Below, piece by piece: positions 12,489-25,000 of a DNA stretch of 64,000 nucleotides. Both the position numbers and the translations under genes were made by a program. How positions within the stretch are numbered: position 1 is the first letter of the stretch; every line of letters starts with the position of its first letter. Below the pieces are notes generated by a model that did no database searches, was not told the DNA's origin, and saw only the letters and a program-made list of their open reading frames with translations. The stretch is from Paragordius varius (taxonomy: Eukaryota; Animalia; Nematomorpha): the NCBI GenBank assembly GCA_964247055.1, contig OZ176051.1, positions 11,346,001 to 11,410,000 on the forward strand. The letters are read 5' to 3'.

Positions 12489-13223
12489 TTAACTTTTTTT
12501 CAGTTTTTTTGTTTTATGTCTTTTATATTTATCCAGCAAAATATATTTGCTAGGGGGTATAATTCGAATTTTTGGATGGTTATTTAACCAAAGTTCATGT
12601 AGGATTGAATTATTTTTGGCACACGTGTATAGATGTTCTTCAAGGATATCCAGTTTGTATATTATGTTTTCTTCAATCAATATATTTTTGGAATCTATTT
12701 GATCTACTGTAGCGTCGATAGAAGCTAGACCTGAATATCGTAGCGTGCTACTTAGAGCAGATAATGCTAATTGAACAAAGCGCAAAGTAAAACACTAATA
12801 ATATATATGCACAAAAAACTTTTTGAATAGATTCAATCAAATTTTGAGCATCATCCATATCCGGTAGCAAACGTTTTTGAATCAAAAACAGGCCAATTGA
12901 GTAAAAATATGGTTGGACATCTTTTAAATCAATAGTTAACGGATCTGCTTCAAGTAAGTTTCGCATATATTTTCTATTGCTAATTAATATAAATTACTTA
13001 AAAATAGGCATTGGGTCAATTTCAACACATTTATTTGCTGCGCCCAACTTTTCTGCCAACCAAAGAGGAAGCTCGACATTAGAATTTGTGCTTCCAAGTA
13101 TAGCAGTACCATCTTAAACATAATAAGTATTTTACCTGCCGTTGACAGAGGATAGAGTAATTTACAGTTAGTCTTTTGCTGAGTTCGCAAAATGAAATTC
13201 AAATCGAAATAATTTTCTTTCAT
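12489..13223 (-). CDS. GINS3: GINS complex subunit 3 (Psf3), DNA replication
   Basis: Exons 13223-13136, 13112-12998, 12973-12820, 12794-12489 give ENYFDLNFIL...VELPLWLAEKL...PIFKKYMRNLLEADPLTIDLKDVQPYFYSIG...QKCFTLRFVQL...KLDILEEHLY. This matches recalled Psf3 motifs (ELPLWL, ADP..DL..PHFY, RLD.ME). Confidence 0.92.
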
Positions 13224-13306
13224 AAATGCAGTGTTGAAAATAATTTTAAAAAACCTAAAATGAAAACATACGGTTATTTGGATTTTAAATATTTACAAAT
13301 GGTATA
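13224..13306. promoter_or_regulatory. Inferred bidirectional promoter shared by GINS3 and NAXE
   Basis: Divergent start codons are only 83 bp apart (NAXE ATG 13307) or 167 bp apart (ATG 13391). The call is positional; no core motif was identified. Confidence 0.5.
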
Positions 13307-13920
13307 ATGCAAGTATGATATTATTTAATTTAGCATCTAATCAAAATTCGAAATTTAAGTTTTCAACCTGGATTCATTTATAATTTTCTTATGGAACGAC
13401 AATTCTCTACTGAATCTACAAATGAAACTAAATTTACCTTGAAGTTTGGAATATTTTATAAATATATTATTTTGATATTCTGTAATGTAAACATTAAAAT
13501 TACAATTTTGTATTTTGAATATGTTTTTAGTTCTAGTGTCCATATAAATAATAAATATGATATTTTATGCTAAATTTTACCTTAACTTCTACCTTAATTT
13601 ATATATTATTAACCATTAAAATATTATGTTATTATAGTCAAGAGGAAGCTAAAAATATGGATAAGGAGTTAATGAATGAGTATGGGTACAAGCTTGAACA
13701 ACTTATGGAATTGGCTGGTATGTTTTTTTTAATAAAATTGATAAAAAAAATTAGAATCGTTTTGAAACCAAAACTGATGGACAAAAAAACGGGTTAGAGT
13801 AAATTAATAAAAAATTTTAGTTCCGCAATCTTTGTTTTTTATTTAGATATAAAAGTGTAGATTTATAAACCTTAGCCCAATTTAGTTATTTTATGCATGA
13901 AAGTTTGTCATACCATTTTC

Positions 13921-13993
<73 letters not shown>

Positions 13994-14865
13994 CTTAGGC
14001 TATATCGACCATATCTTCTAGATTACCTTTTGTTAAGATCATTTTTATTACATATTAATCTTTTTGCTTTTTTAACCTATTGTCTTTCTGTTTTTTCAAA
14101 CTTGTTCCATTATTAACTTTAACATATTAAGGGCTCAGTTGCGCTCAAGCCATTCTCGATTGCTATCCATTGAAAGAATTAACTCGGGGTGGTCTTGTTC
14201 TTGTATGTTGTGGACCTGGTAACAATGGTGGAGATGGCTTGGTTTGTGCTAGACATTTGAAACTTTTTGTAAGTTGATTTTTATATTTAATTACAAATAA
14301 TGGAATTATTTTTTAGAATGATATGATGTAATATCAGCAAATTAATAATAAATTTATTAATTAATTTTCGTTAGATTCCTCTAACAACTTCGGATTAACA
14401 TAAAAATAAAATTAAAATAAAGTTGTGGTAGGTAGGTGAAAATCGGGATTCCAGAGATTTTTCTTTCCACGAAACCCATATTCATAGTATCCATATTTCA
14501 TGGTTTTTTGAAGCGATATTTTTAACACATGCCTTGTGCACAACTAATGAACACATCATTAGATTACATGGCGTTTGCCGTTAGTGTATTTTCATAAGGA
14601 TAAAGTTTATTTTTATGGATGATTTATGTATCTTTAAAGTGCGTTATTCTGTCAGAAACTGCATTTTTTATTTTATCTATAATGTTGATGGATAAGAGCG
14701 GACACATAAAATTTATTAACGTTTTTATGTGATAATTTTTTTAATATTGTTACATCGCTTTACATAAACTTATTATTAAATGTCCTTTTTAATTAGGGCT
14801 ATCAACCATCAATATTTTACCCCAAAAGCCATAGTTCAAATAGCCACCCAAGTCCATCTTCAAAT

Positions 14866-14911
<46 letters not shown>

Positions 14912-17676
14912 GTCAAATTGAATTTTATTTATTAATATTAATCATTACAAAGTAATTAATATATAACTCTTATGATAAAATATTTGTCAAATCTCGCAAA
15001 ACTGTAAAATCCCAAGTAATAAAGGGTTAAAAACCAATTTTTATTGTATAAGGCATTAAATGTAAAAAAAATTATTTGTCAAATTTGTAAAAATGAAATA
15101 ACGAAAATGTTAAAGCACATGAAAAACCCCTTTGTAATTTTGGGTATCAAGGGAAGAATATGCACAGCGCTATACTAAGAAAACCCATGCATTATGCAAC
15201 CGTAAGGGTTTAAGGCAGAGCTGAGATTATGGGATTTTATCAAACATTTCTATTATATAGATTAAAAATAATTATTTTTTTGTCATGACGGTTTCAAACA
15301 ACTATAAAGTAGGAAGGTTGTGGGAAAGTATCCTCAACTTTAAACTATCATAATTTAAAAACTAGGTTTTTGACTATATAAAATGCGTTAAACATGTTTT
15401 TCTAATACTTTATACTTCAATATTCCCAATAAGACCTAAATTTATGTCCAACCTCAAAATTTTTACCTTTTATATTTTAATAAAAAATTTAATTTAAAAC
15501 AGGGGATAGGGCCAAAAAGCCTGTCACAAATGATTTTTTCTCAAATCTCAAGACACAAATTGTTAAATTTGATATCCCGTTTTTGTCATACTTCCCAAAC
15601 GATCCTATGCTAATTGATAAAGGGTATTTTTCATTATGATATTATTGCATATGTTCATGCCTTAGAAATCTCTAAAACAGGGATGGCCAACAGACTCTGA
15701 GATTTTATGTGCGGCCCGCGAGGAATTTTGATATCCATAATTTGTAAAAATATCATAAAATCTTGGTGAAATCAACATTTCTTATGAATTTTTTTTTTTA
15801 ATTTGGATTATTCAATTTGGAAAAACAGTATTGGTTTGCATCATACAAGTGTTATGTTTGACATCTAATATGTAACCCGCCGTTTTTTGCTAGTATAAGA
15901 AACGGCCCTCGAAGCCATTTGTGTTACACCCCTGCTCAAAAATATAACTTATTACATTACAGGTTTGATTTAGTGATTGATGCCATATTTGGATTTGGTT
16001 TTCGGGCCAAAACTGACCCTACCTGCGAAGGGAAAACTCAAATGGAATCGTCAAAGGATAATTGCTTAATAAACATAAAATCACCTTTTGACGATGTATT
16101 ATGTAAAATGGCACGACTTACCATACCTATCATTAGTATAGATGTTCCATCAGGTATAAATATTTTTAGTATGATTGACTTTGTAATACAGTAGACCGTT
16201 ATTTTTTCCTTTGTGGGAAAAAATACATGGCTTAACCGCATCTAGACACTTTTTTGCGTAGAATTAAAATGAAATATTTCAGTTTTATTCAAACAAAGAT
16301 ATATGATATTCAATCTTGATATAAATTTAAAAACTATTCATTATTCGGTTATTTAACTAGACAGTTTTGTATGTGAATTTAACTGCTATTTGGACTCGCA
16401 AAGTTCGTGATGAATAGCATAAACTTATTATTTTGTAAGTGCGATTTTTCGGTAAGCTCATTAAGGGGTTTATTATTATACGGTTCATGTAATTAGTTAC
16501 ATAAAATTGGATTTGTCATTTTTATCTTTTAAGCATGGGATGTCGATGGTTTATGTGATCCACAAACTCAATTGGGTCCATATTACATAAATCCAGAAAC
16601 GCTCATATCCTTAACGGCTCCTAAGGAATGTTCAAAATTCTTTAAAGGCAAAAATCATTATCTTGGAGGGTAAAATTTATAATTTTTGATTATATTTATT
16701 TATTTTTATTTAGTTATATTTTAATATAAAACCATATTTTACGATATTTTAATTTATCTAATAGCTAAGATATTCACAAGTTTAAAAAATAATTAAATGT
16801 ATGAAAAACTAAATTTAAATTTAGTTATATATATGTCATCAAAATTTAGGGACCTGTTGTGACTAAATTTTTTAGGTATCTTTCTGATAAAAATAGTTTA
16901 AATGCCACGTGGGAATATATACACCAAACAGCTAATTATCAGTAATTTGCCAGCGCTGATTTTTCATAGAAGATAAAAGATCAATGATGCAATTTTTTAT
17001 TTGTAAAAATTATTTTTAATTTATATTAATCAGCGTTTGTAATGATTTAAATAAAGTGATACCAAATTTTGTGTGATAAAATATTGTTAATTGTCTAGAA
17101 ATTTTAAAGGCTCGGTAAACTTTTAACCGTAAAATACACATCCCGATTTAGATTTGTAAAATATATAGATATTTTTTAATAATGGCTATAAATTAACCTT
17201 TACCGATTCTAATTTTTAACAGACCAATTTTATATTTTAAAATAAATTTACATTATCTTTCAATACATATTAAAACGAGGTACGGGAGAGAAAATTCATA
17301 ACGAAATATATTAAAAACAAAGGGCACATTCAACAAAATTTGAATTTCTGCAAATTAATTGAAATGAATTTGACCTAAAAAATAGTAGGGATTTGTTTAG
17401 AATATATATAACTTATATATATTTTTCTTGCAAATTCTGACAATCAGCATGATACATATTTTTTATTTATATCTCCAATATGGCGTTAACTTCTATATTA
17501 TAAGCCCCTCATTTACTCTATTGAAAAATACCAAACAAAACTGCAAATGTTTTATGAATGTATATTTACTTATGTTTTTTGTTAGGCGATTTGTACCCAC
17601 TGTACTTCTTAACAAATATCATTTGGAAATCCCACAATATCCTGGTGCTTGGCAATGTGTTAAACTTGAAAAATAA
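13307..17676 (+). CDS. NAXE: NAD(P)H-hydrate epimerase (YjeF N-terminal domain; APOA1BP)
   Basis: Exons (13307-13312 tentative), 13334/13391-13443, 13638-13717, 14132-14268, 14797-14866, 15503-15623, 15963-16153, 16534-16669, 17586-17676. Motifs: QEEA..D.EL...[68 protein letters not shown]. Confidence 0.96.
13924..13990. repeat. (TA)n microsatellite, about 33 units, in a NAXE intron
   Basis: Uninterrupted TA run. Shorter runs occur at 14868-14907, about 36157, 40456, 56196 and 57851. Confidence 0.95.
15678..15934. mobile_element. hAT (Charlie-like) MITE in a NAXE intron
   Basis: Ends CAGGGATGGCCAAC ... GTTACACCCCTG with internal CGGCCC motifs. The 8-bp flanks CTCTAAAA and CTCAAAAA match at 7/8 positions. 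Confidence 0.75.
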
Positions 17677-18277
17677 CGATTTAATTGAATTGAATGATTT
17701 AATCTGTCATTTCACCCAATGGACATCTGATAATTGCACAAATAGTAATAACTTCACAAAATCCATATATATATTAGCAACATATATTCTATAAAGTAAT
17801 TTAGATATAGCACAAAATGTAATTTTGCAATAATAAATATATTTGTTAGTATCTGAAAAATTAGCAATGGACCCACAACAATATAGAATAGGTTAGAATT
17901 GTATAATTGAGTTTTTTAATCAAATCTAAAAAAAGGGATTGCATGATTGCTGTTATATAATTCAATTGAAAATTGATATTTTTTAAATTTCTAACCTTGA
18001 AACAAAATAAGCTAAACACTTAAAATAATTGATTATTATAGATAATATAAATTCGTCTCCTGTATCATAAGCCAAACAAATTTTATTCTGTAAAAGTTTA
18101 GGATAAATATTAAAATGATAAATGTGAAAAATCTCACTCTTGTTAACTAAAATCAAAACATAACACACACTCTTTTAATTACGAAAATAAACGTTTTTAT
18201 TGTGACATTTATAACTGTGCGGCAAAATATATTGTCTAAGATTAGTTATTTTCAGACCCTTTTTGATATTATAAGAA

Positions 18278-18569
18278 TTAAAAAAACTTGCTATGTGGTG
18301 AATTGCGTTTGGACTATCGAACATTTATATAATTACGATATAATCGCGTTCAAAAAATGGTTTAATCCTAAGAAAGAAATTTTTATTTGACCCAAAGCAA
18401 AGAAGCGCTGTATATCCATTCAGACCACAAACTCTTTGAACAAAAGAGAGTTTTTACCGTATATTAACCTCATCACAAAATATTTTCTAAAAAAGAAAAC
18501 TAAATACAATACTGGTATAAAGTTAACAATCAACAGCAGCGAATACGGAATAAAAAATATAACAAACAT
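18278..18569 (-). CDS. Small secreted peptide precursor (64 aa) interrupted by four 23-26 nt introns; not in the ORF track
   Basis: Exons 18569-18513, 18486-18458, 18433-18392, 18367-18337, 18313-18278 translate to MFVIFFIPYSLLLIVNFIPKIFCDEVNIRVCGLNGYTALLCFGIKPFFERDYISKRNSPHSKFF*. It has a hydrophobic N-terminus, a Cys pair and a KR site, with AATAAA on the minus strand at 18196-18201. Confidence 0.6.
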
Positions 18570-18659
18570 CTTTTATTTTTTAAAATTTATTTTTGTTTAT
18601 TTTGTTTTATTTTAATATTTAAGATCCGAAATTTTATTATTTTAATAAAGTGGTATTTG

Positions 18660-19010
18660 TATAAAAAAATTCACCGAAAATTGATACTATACGAACGCCT
18701 TACTTAAAATTTTGAAGCGATTGATATATTCATCATCATCGAATTAGATATGATGAGTGTTTTTATAATATCTAAAGCGTTTTTATACCGTTCATATCCC
18801 AAAATAGTGTGAAGTACATTCGACAAAATCTGATTAAAAATAATTTTTTGAAAAAGTAGGCATTTTTTTAAATATTTTTAGTTTATGCCAAAATTAGCAT
18901 AGATATAAAATTTTTATCACGCAATTCGGCACTTTTGTTTTTCTTAAAGAGCTAGCACATTTTAGAATCGTTTGGGACTTTTGGAACCGACATCTAAATC
19001 TTGTAAATAT
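18660..19010. repeat. Dispersed repeat (probable DNA-transposon derivative) with an inverted copy at about 35900-36260
   Basis: TTTGAAAAAGTAGGCATTTTTTTAAA and the adjacent sequence align by eye with the reverse complement of about 36000-36150. Confidence 0.5.
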
Positions 19011-22000
19011 ATTATTTGGTTTTTTATATATAGCTGTGATGTATTTTAGGGTAATTTTTGGAATAAGGCATTTAGCTTACACCAAAATTTATTTAAAAAA
19101 TGTGTGCAAATTATGCCATCTTCTGATATATGAAGCAACTACCACACAGGTGTAACTAACTTTTTATATCTGTAAGGGGCAAAACTAAAACCATTCTGAT
19201 ACTGATACATTTTCCTATCAAAAATATTTTATCAGCTTATAATTTTATACCCCTTGATTTTTAACTCATTCTACAGGCCTCCAAATATTACAGTGCTCCA
19301 ATAGGGCTAAAAACGACGTATTGTATTTTTACATAAATACGCCATCTTTTAATTAAATTCGGGACCGTTCCAAAGAAAAATATAGTTTAAAAACTGATTT
19401 AGCTAGTCAACTGTTTTTTGAGATTCATTATGGAATTTTAGCTTATTTATTTACAACCAATAAGCGAAAATTGCATATTTCATAGGGTTGTTTATCAATA
19501 TGCCTCGACATTTAAAAACTAAACCGTTTATAAAAGTGTTTACTATATTAGGATTTCATAAACCATACAGTTTATATATAGGTTATGTCCAAAAACTAAA
19601 CTCAGACAGTTTTTAATAAATGCATTTTGCAGACTAGTTTGTCAATTTTTGTATAACAAGGATAAACACGTTGGCTACAAAAATATATTTTTTTATCAAA
19701 AATCACAAACTAAGTTTTTAGCATATATAAAGCCGTTTAACAAATGTATTGATTATTAGTTTGCCATAAATTTATTTTGAAATGGCTAACGTTTTAAATA
19801 AAAATGTTAAGGAACTGTCTGCAAAAATATTTTTTAAGTCAAACTCATGTTTATTCAATTTTAAAACCCTAAACTGTGGAAATTTTTACAAAATTTCAAG
19901 TAATACTTTTGTAACATTTGATCATTGAATTTTGTTAATGAAAATTAGCTTAAATTATTAATTCTATTATTCTTTCCAATTTAAGCAATAATTTCTAACA
20001 AAATTATATACGATAATTCAAAAACTACTGGCCTGAACTCAGTTTTTTATTTCCATTTTTTATATGTAATGTATTTCTATTTTCGGCGCTAAATTTCTCT
20101 ATCCAAATAAACGAAAATTTGAAAAGTTACATCTTGACCCCACATTTGTCGCGATCATTCTTTGAGTGTCATATATTTGGTTTCTATGCATATATTAAAT
20201 ATATGATAGTTATTTAAATCTTTTACCGCATAGTCAAAAATTTGATTTAAATTTGACCAAGAGTGATTTTTGCTTTACTAATTCTAAATCTTTCACAAAT
20301 ATCTAAAAACATTTTGCGTTTAGGATCATTATGACACAACTAAATATAATTTGAGTTTTCCATTGTAAGTTAGAATAATGAAATTTTGATATCCATTAGC
20401 AAACTCTATCTCTAGCTATCTGATATGTTTTTATGAACATTTCATGCCTCCATTTGTGTCGCACATGTTGTGATTCAACCTTACCAATATATTTCTATTT
20501 TATGAGCTATTGCGCCAAAAACTTTAAATTTGGTGGCAAAAAGTTTGAAATGTTCTTATAGAGTTGGGTTATGATGATTCTGATGGCTTAATATGTGTGA
20601 AAACATTTTAAAACATTGGCGGGATTCTTAGAATGTAAAAATAGTTATTATATATTTTAAAACTTTATTTTTTTGTAATTATTTGAATAATAAGAATCAT
20701 TTTTATGTTAAACACATTTTTTAGTTGTGGTATTTTTAAATTAATTATAGTTTGATCAAATACCGCTCAAAATACGTATTTCGTATAACGAGCCAAACCC
20801 TTGGTAGTATTTATTAGTCTGATGATGGAATATACCCCATTGATCAATGTTAAACTATCGGTTTAATCTAGCTAAAACAACAAAATGCATACTTTATTCT
20901 TAATTTTTAAACCAAACATATGTATCTGCATTATTATGTTTTTTTATATTTAACACAAAATTTAAATTTTGCATTTGTGGTTTTTAAAAAAATATAGAAT
21001 AAATTTCTTCAGTCTTTGCTATTTTTTGGAACGAACACGCACGCGTGCAATATTTAAATTTTATATTTCTGTTTGATAATTTTTGATATTACGGTAACAT
21101 ATAACTTGATTGATGTTACGTAACAGTTTAGAAATCAGTTTCAATATATTTATCAACGTTAATATGAAATTTAAAAAATGTATGATAAAATTATATTTTA
21201 TATGTTACGGTTTTACAAAAGAAAAGTTTTTGTTTGCGTTTTATCTTTTTTTCTTATGTGGTATTATGTATTTAAATTTATGTGTTTTTATGTTAAACAA
21301 AACGAAAAAAAAAGTATAACAACAATATAAATTTTGTAAAGATATATGATAATAATAAGAAGAGCAATTAACAAATATGAGAGATGAGATTATAAAACAG
21401 CGATAAATTTTAACAAGCATTTGCTGCACTATGATTTTCTAAAATATTCGGTTTTTAATTCTTCGTTTTTTTGTGAAACAGTACTTTTTTCAAAAAAAAT
21501 ATTTGCCAAGTACTATAAAAATTAGTAAAATATGAAAGAACCTCCAGATTATTCCTAACAAGTAAAGTAGATCTATATTTTATTCAGTATTATAACTTTC
21601 ATTAAAAAATAGTTTAATCGTACTCTGGTTTTATTTTAAAATCTATAATTTCTAAACGTTTTATATAAATTATTTAATGATTATTAATTTTTTTGATGAT
21701 TCTTGCATATCCATCCCTTCTCCACATTTCTAAAAAAATACCCAAAAAACTTCATTTTTTACGGCTATGGAATCGGTTAAATATAGTTAATATAATATTA
21801 AAGCATTTATATTTTTTTATAATTGATAAAAATTATCTTTACAAGCAAAGGTAAAATGTTAAAGGACCCAAAAAATATTTATTTTGTTTCTAAGGCCGCT
21901 CACCATATAATACCGATAAATATTTCATAAGGTTTTAACAAATTTGCAGATAATTATATATGCAAAATAAGTATATTAATAAATCTACTAAATAATTTAG

Positions 22001-25000
22001 GGTCATGGACTGCGGTTTGAATACCCCACTGACCCATAGTATTAAAACTAAAAACCGAAGATAATTTAATTTAATCATATATTAGTATTTAAATTTTATA
22101 GATTTTAACTCAAAAGACAAATTGTATAATGCGTATTTATAATTTTACATGTATATATATATCTTCAAAAAATTAAAAGAATATAAATTATTATCCTATA
22201 AGGCGCCTACTTGGTTTATATTTATTAACATAATAATATAATTCGGCCGGTCATTAACATTAAAGCAAACATATATTAACATAAAAATTTTATTGAATGA
22301 TTTAAGTGGAATTCGGAAAAAAAAATCCTTGAAACAATAAAATGCCTCTAAAATTAAGTCAGGAATTTTTTAAAATTTCAGTTGATATGTAAATTAAATG
22401 ATTATCATTATTATTGGAATTTTGATTTAACCGCACTCCTGCCATAAATCTTTCTGTAACGACGGAATTTTACATTAGTTTTTTTATATCTAAGTGTTTC
22501 ATCCAAATTAAATTATTCAATACTGAATGTTTCTTTGAAAATACTTCAAGGAAATTTCTGAAATTATATCTTTTTAATATGTAAGAGGGAGAAAAAAAAT
22601 TGGATTGTTTAAATTTCAAACAACCAATTTAGGTATGTATATTCTATCCATCAATTTTAAAAATTATAAAACACATTCGGCCTTGTTTTAAAACTTAAAA
22701 TTTAAATAAATTGTTAAATGGTTAAATATCTTAATATATGAATAATAGGAGTCAGGGTTAGAGTTTTTAATTGATTCTAGTATTCTTTTTAACCCTAAGA
22801 ACTAATAAATAAATTAAATAATTGATAAAATTATTTTTTACAACGCTTTAATAACCGACCAACCCTAGTTGTATTTAAATTTACTATACTTCATTCTATT
22901 TGAGATGTTTAACAGGAGGCAAAATAAGGTTAGAATTAATTATAAAACTATTTTAGTAACTTTTTCAATATTGGTATTAGAAAACATTATGTTTTTATGT
23001 GGTCGGGGTTTGAATCTCTGTTCTACTAATTTTAAAGACTAAATATATCATTAGGATTTCTCTACCTTAGTCTCTAAAGGAAATATTCCTGTTTAAATAT
23101 TGTTTATATCGCGACTAAAACATAAATTATATAGTATTAAATTAGTTTTCAAAAACACACCTGAAATGGCTCTTTTGTTACATCTTTTTTATAATCCCAA
23201 TAAATAAATATATATTTAATTTTGGACGTGTTGATACGACTAAAAAATATCCGACACTATTATTTGTCTGTCAATTACCTTTAATTCAGTTTCAATAATT
23301 GCAAATTTATGAATTACCTGTTGTACTATTTTTAAAATTTAATAATAATCGTTTTTTTATTTTTAATAAAAAGTGATACCTTGATTTCAACTCAAAAAGA
23401 TTAATGCTTAAAAAATATTTTTAACAAAAATTCCTTTTAATTTTTCTAAGAAATTTGTAAAAATAGCAAATAAATTATGTAAACATAAGATGTTTGACCG
23501 CGGTATCATTTCTAAATAATCATATCTTAGGTAGGTTGTTATTAGCTCCAAAAATAAATTTAGGGTTATTGATATCAAAAAATTATTGTAACATTCAAAA
23601 AAATATATTAAATATGAGACCTAGGAATAAATATTTAAATATATACATAATTTATACACTAAATAAACTAATATGGTTGTAAACAACTTTAATTTTTTAA
23701 TAAATAATATATGCGCTTCTTATTAAAAATAACTAATTATCAGATCAAAGTTATCAATCAATCGATTATAATGAAACATAAGACCTAATTTACTAATATT
23801 GTAACCTTAATTATATATGATAAGATCTAATCTATCGATTAGGGTTGGGCCTGACCAGTTTGAATATGTTATAAATATTCTCGATAATTAATTAGATTTT
23901 GTTTTTTTATTCAGTTAATGTGTATTACCAATTTTTGTATTTATAGCTGGTTTTGATCAGAAAACATTTTTAGAAAGTTATAGTTGGTGAATGGTCATTA
24001 TATCAATATTTTTCATCACACATATAATAGTAGATGTTTAGACATTATTTGATGTTTTAAACATAATTTTTCACTTTTATTTTGTATATTTATGTGCGAG
24101 TTAGGAAAATTAACTACCCCAGTGATTTTTAAATCATTAATTACAAATATGCGTAGAAAGCAAAGTTAAGTTTAATTTATCAAATATTGAAAAAGAATTT
24201 GACTTAGCATTAGGACTATTCGTTACTATTAATATATAATGACTTAGTTGGACTTTGCAGAAAGTTTGATATAATGTTATCAAATTAAATTCTATCAATT
24301 TATAAACACCCAATATGATATAATATTCTGGCTCAGAAACTCTTGTCCGTAAGATACATTTATAAAAACGATAAAGAGACCTAAAATATTTTGTAAAATA
24401 TTAAAATTTCACACCTATTGTATGCTATATTATAATGAATCAGAATGGGTTGTTGTACCCATTTTTACATATAAACCTAAGCTAATTAGCGCTTGGAATT
24501 ATTCGTTTTTTTTATAATTCAAAAATACAAAATGGAATTTAACACAAAAGTCCAGACCTGCCAATTAATTCCTTTAACTGCGACCCATGCGTTTGCTTTT
24601 TTATTGATTTTTTGATTTTTCGCGCCCTCTTTATTAACTACTGTATATAAAATTATATATGTAAAATTAGAGATATTATCTCAAAATTCCAATGTTATTA
24701 TATTATTTAAATGAAAAAAATGTTCCATAAAAATTGTCACTTGGCCCCCATAATTACTTATCTGCGCCTAAATCTAAACATTTTAAACGTATGCAAAATA
24801 ATGATTGCATTTTTTTGTCTTTTTACCAAAAAAAATCTATAAAGTTTTCCTGTTATTATATCGTAAAACACATTTAATAGACTCTTTGATCACATATTAA
24901 CATTTTTAATAAGTTATATTTGGGTTTTTATTTTGGCGTTTTTTATTAAATTATTGGAGGTGGAAATATTTTGTTAGATTGCATGAATTCTGTTAACACA

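Noticed and set aside
22005-23025. GGTTTGAATACCC (about 22015) and GGTTTGAATCTC (about 23008) resembling Pol III B-boxes or tRNA T-arms
   Set aside because: No cloverleaf or A-box could be built; at most decayed SINE heads.
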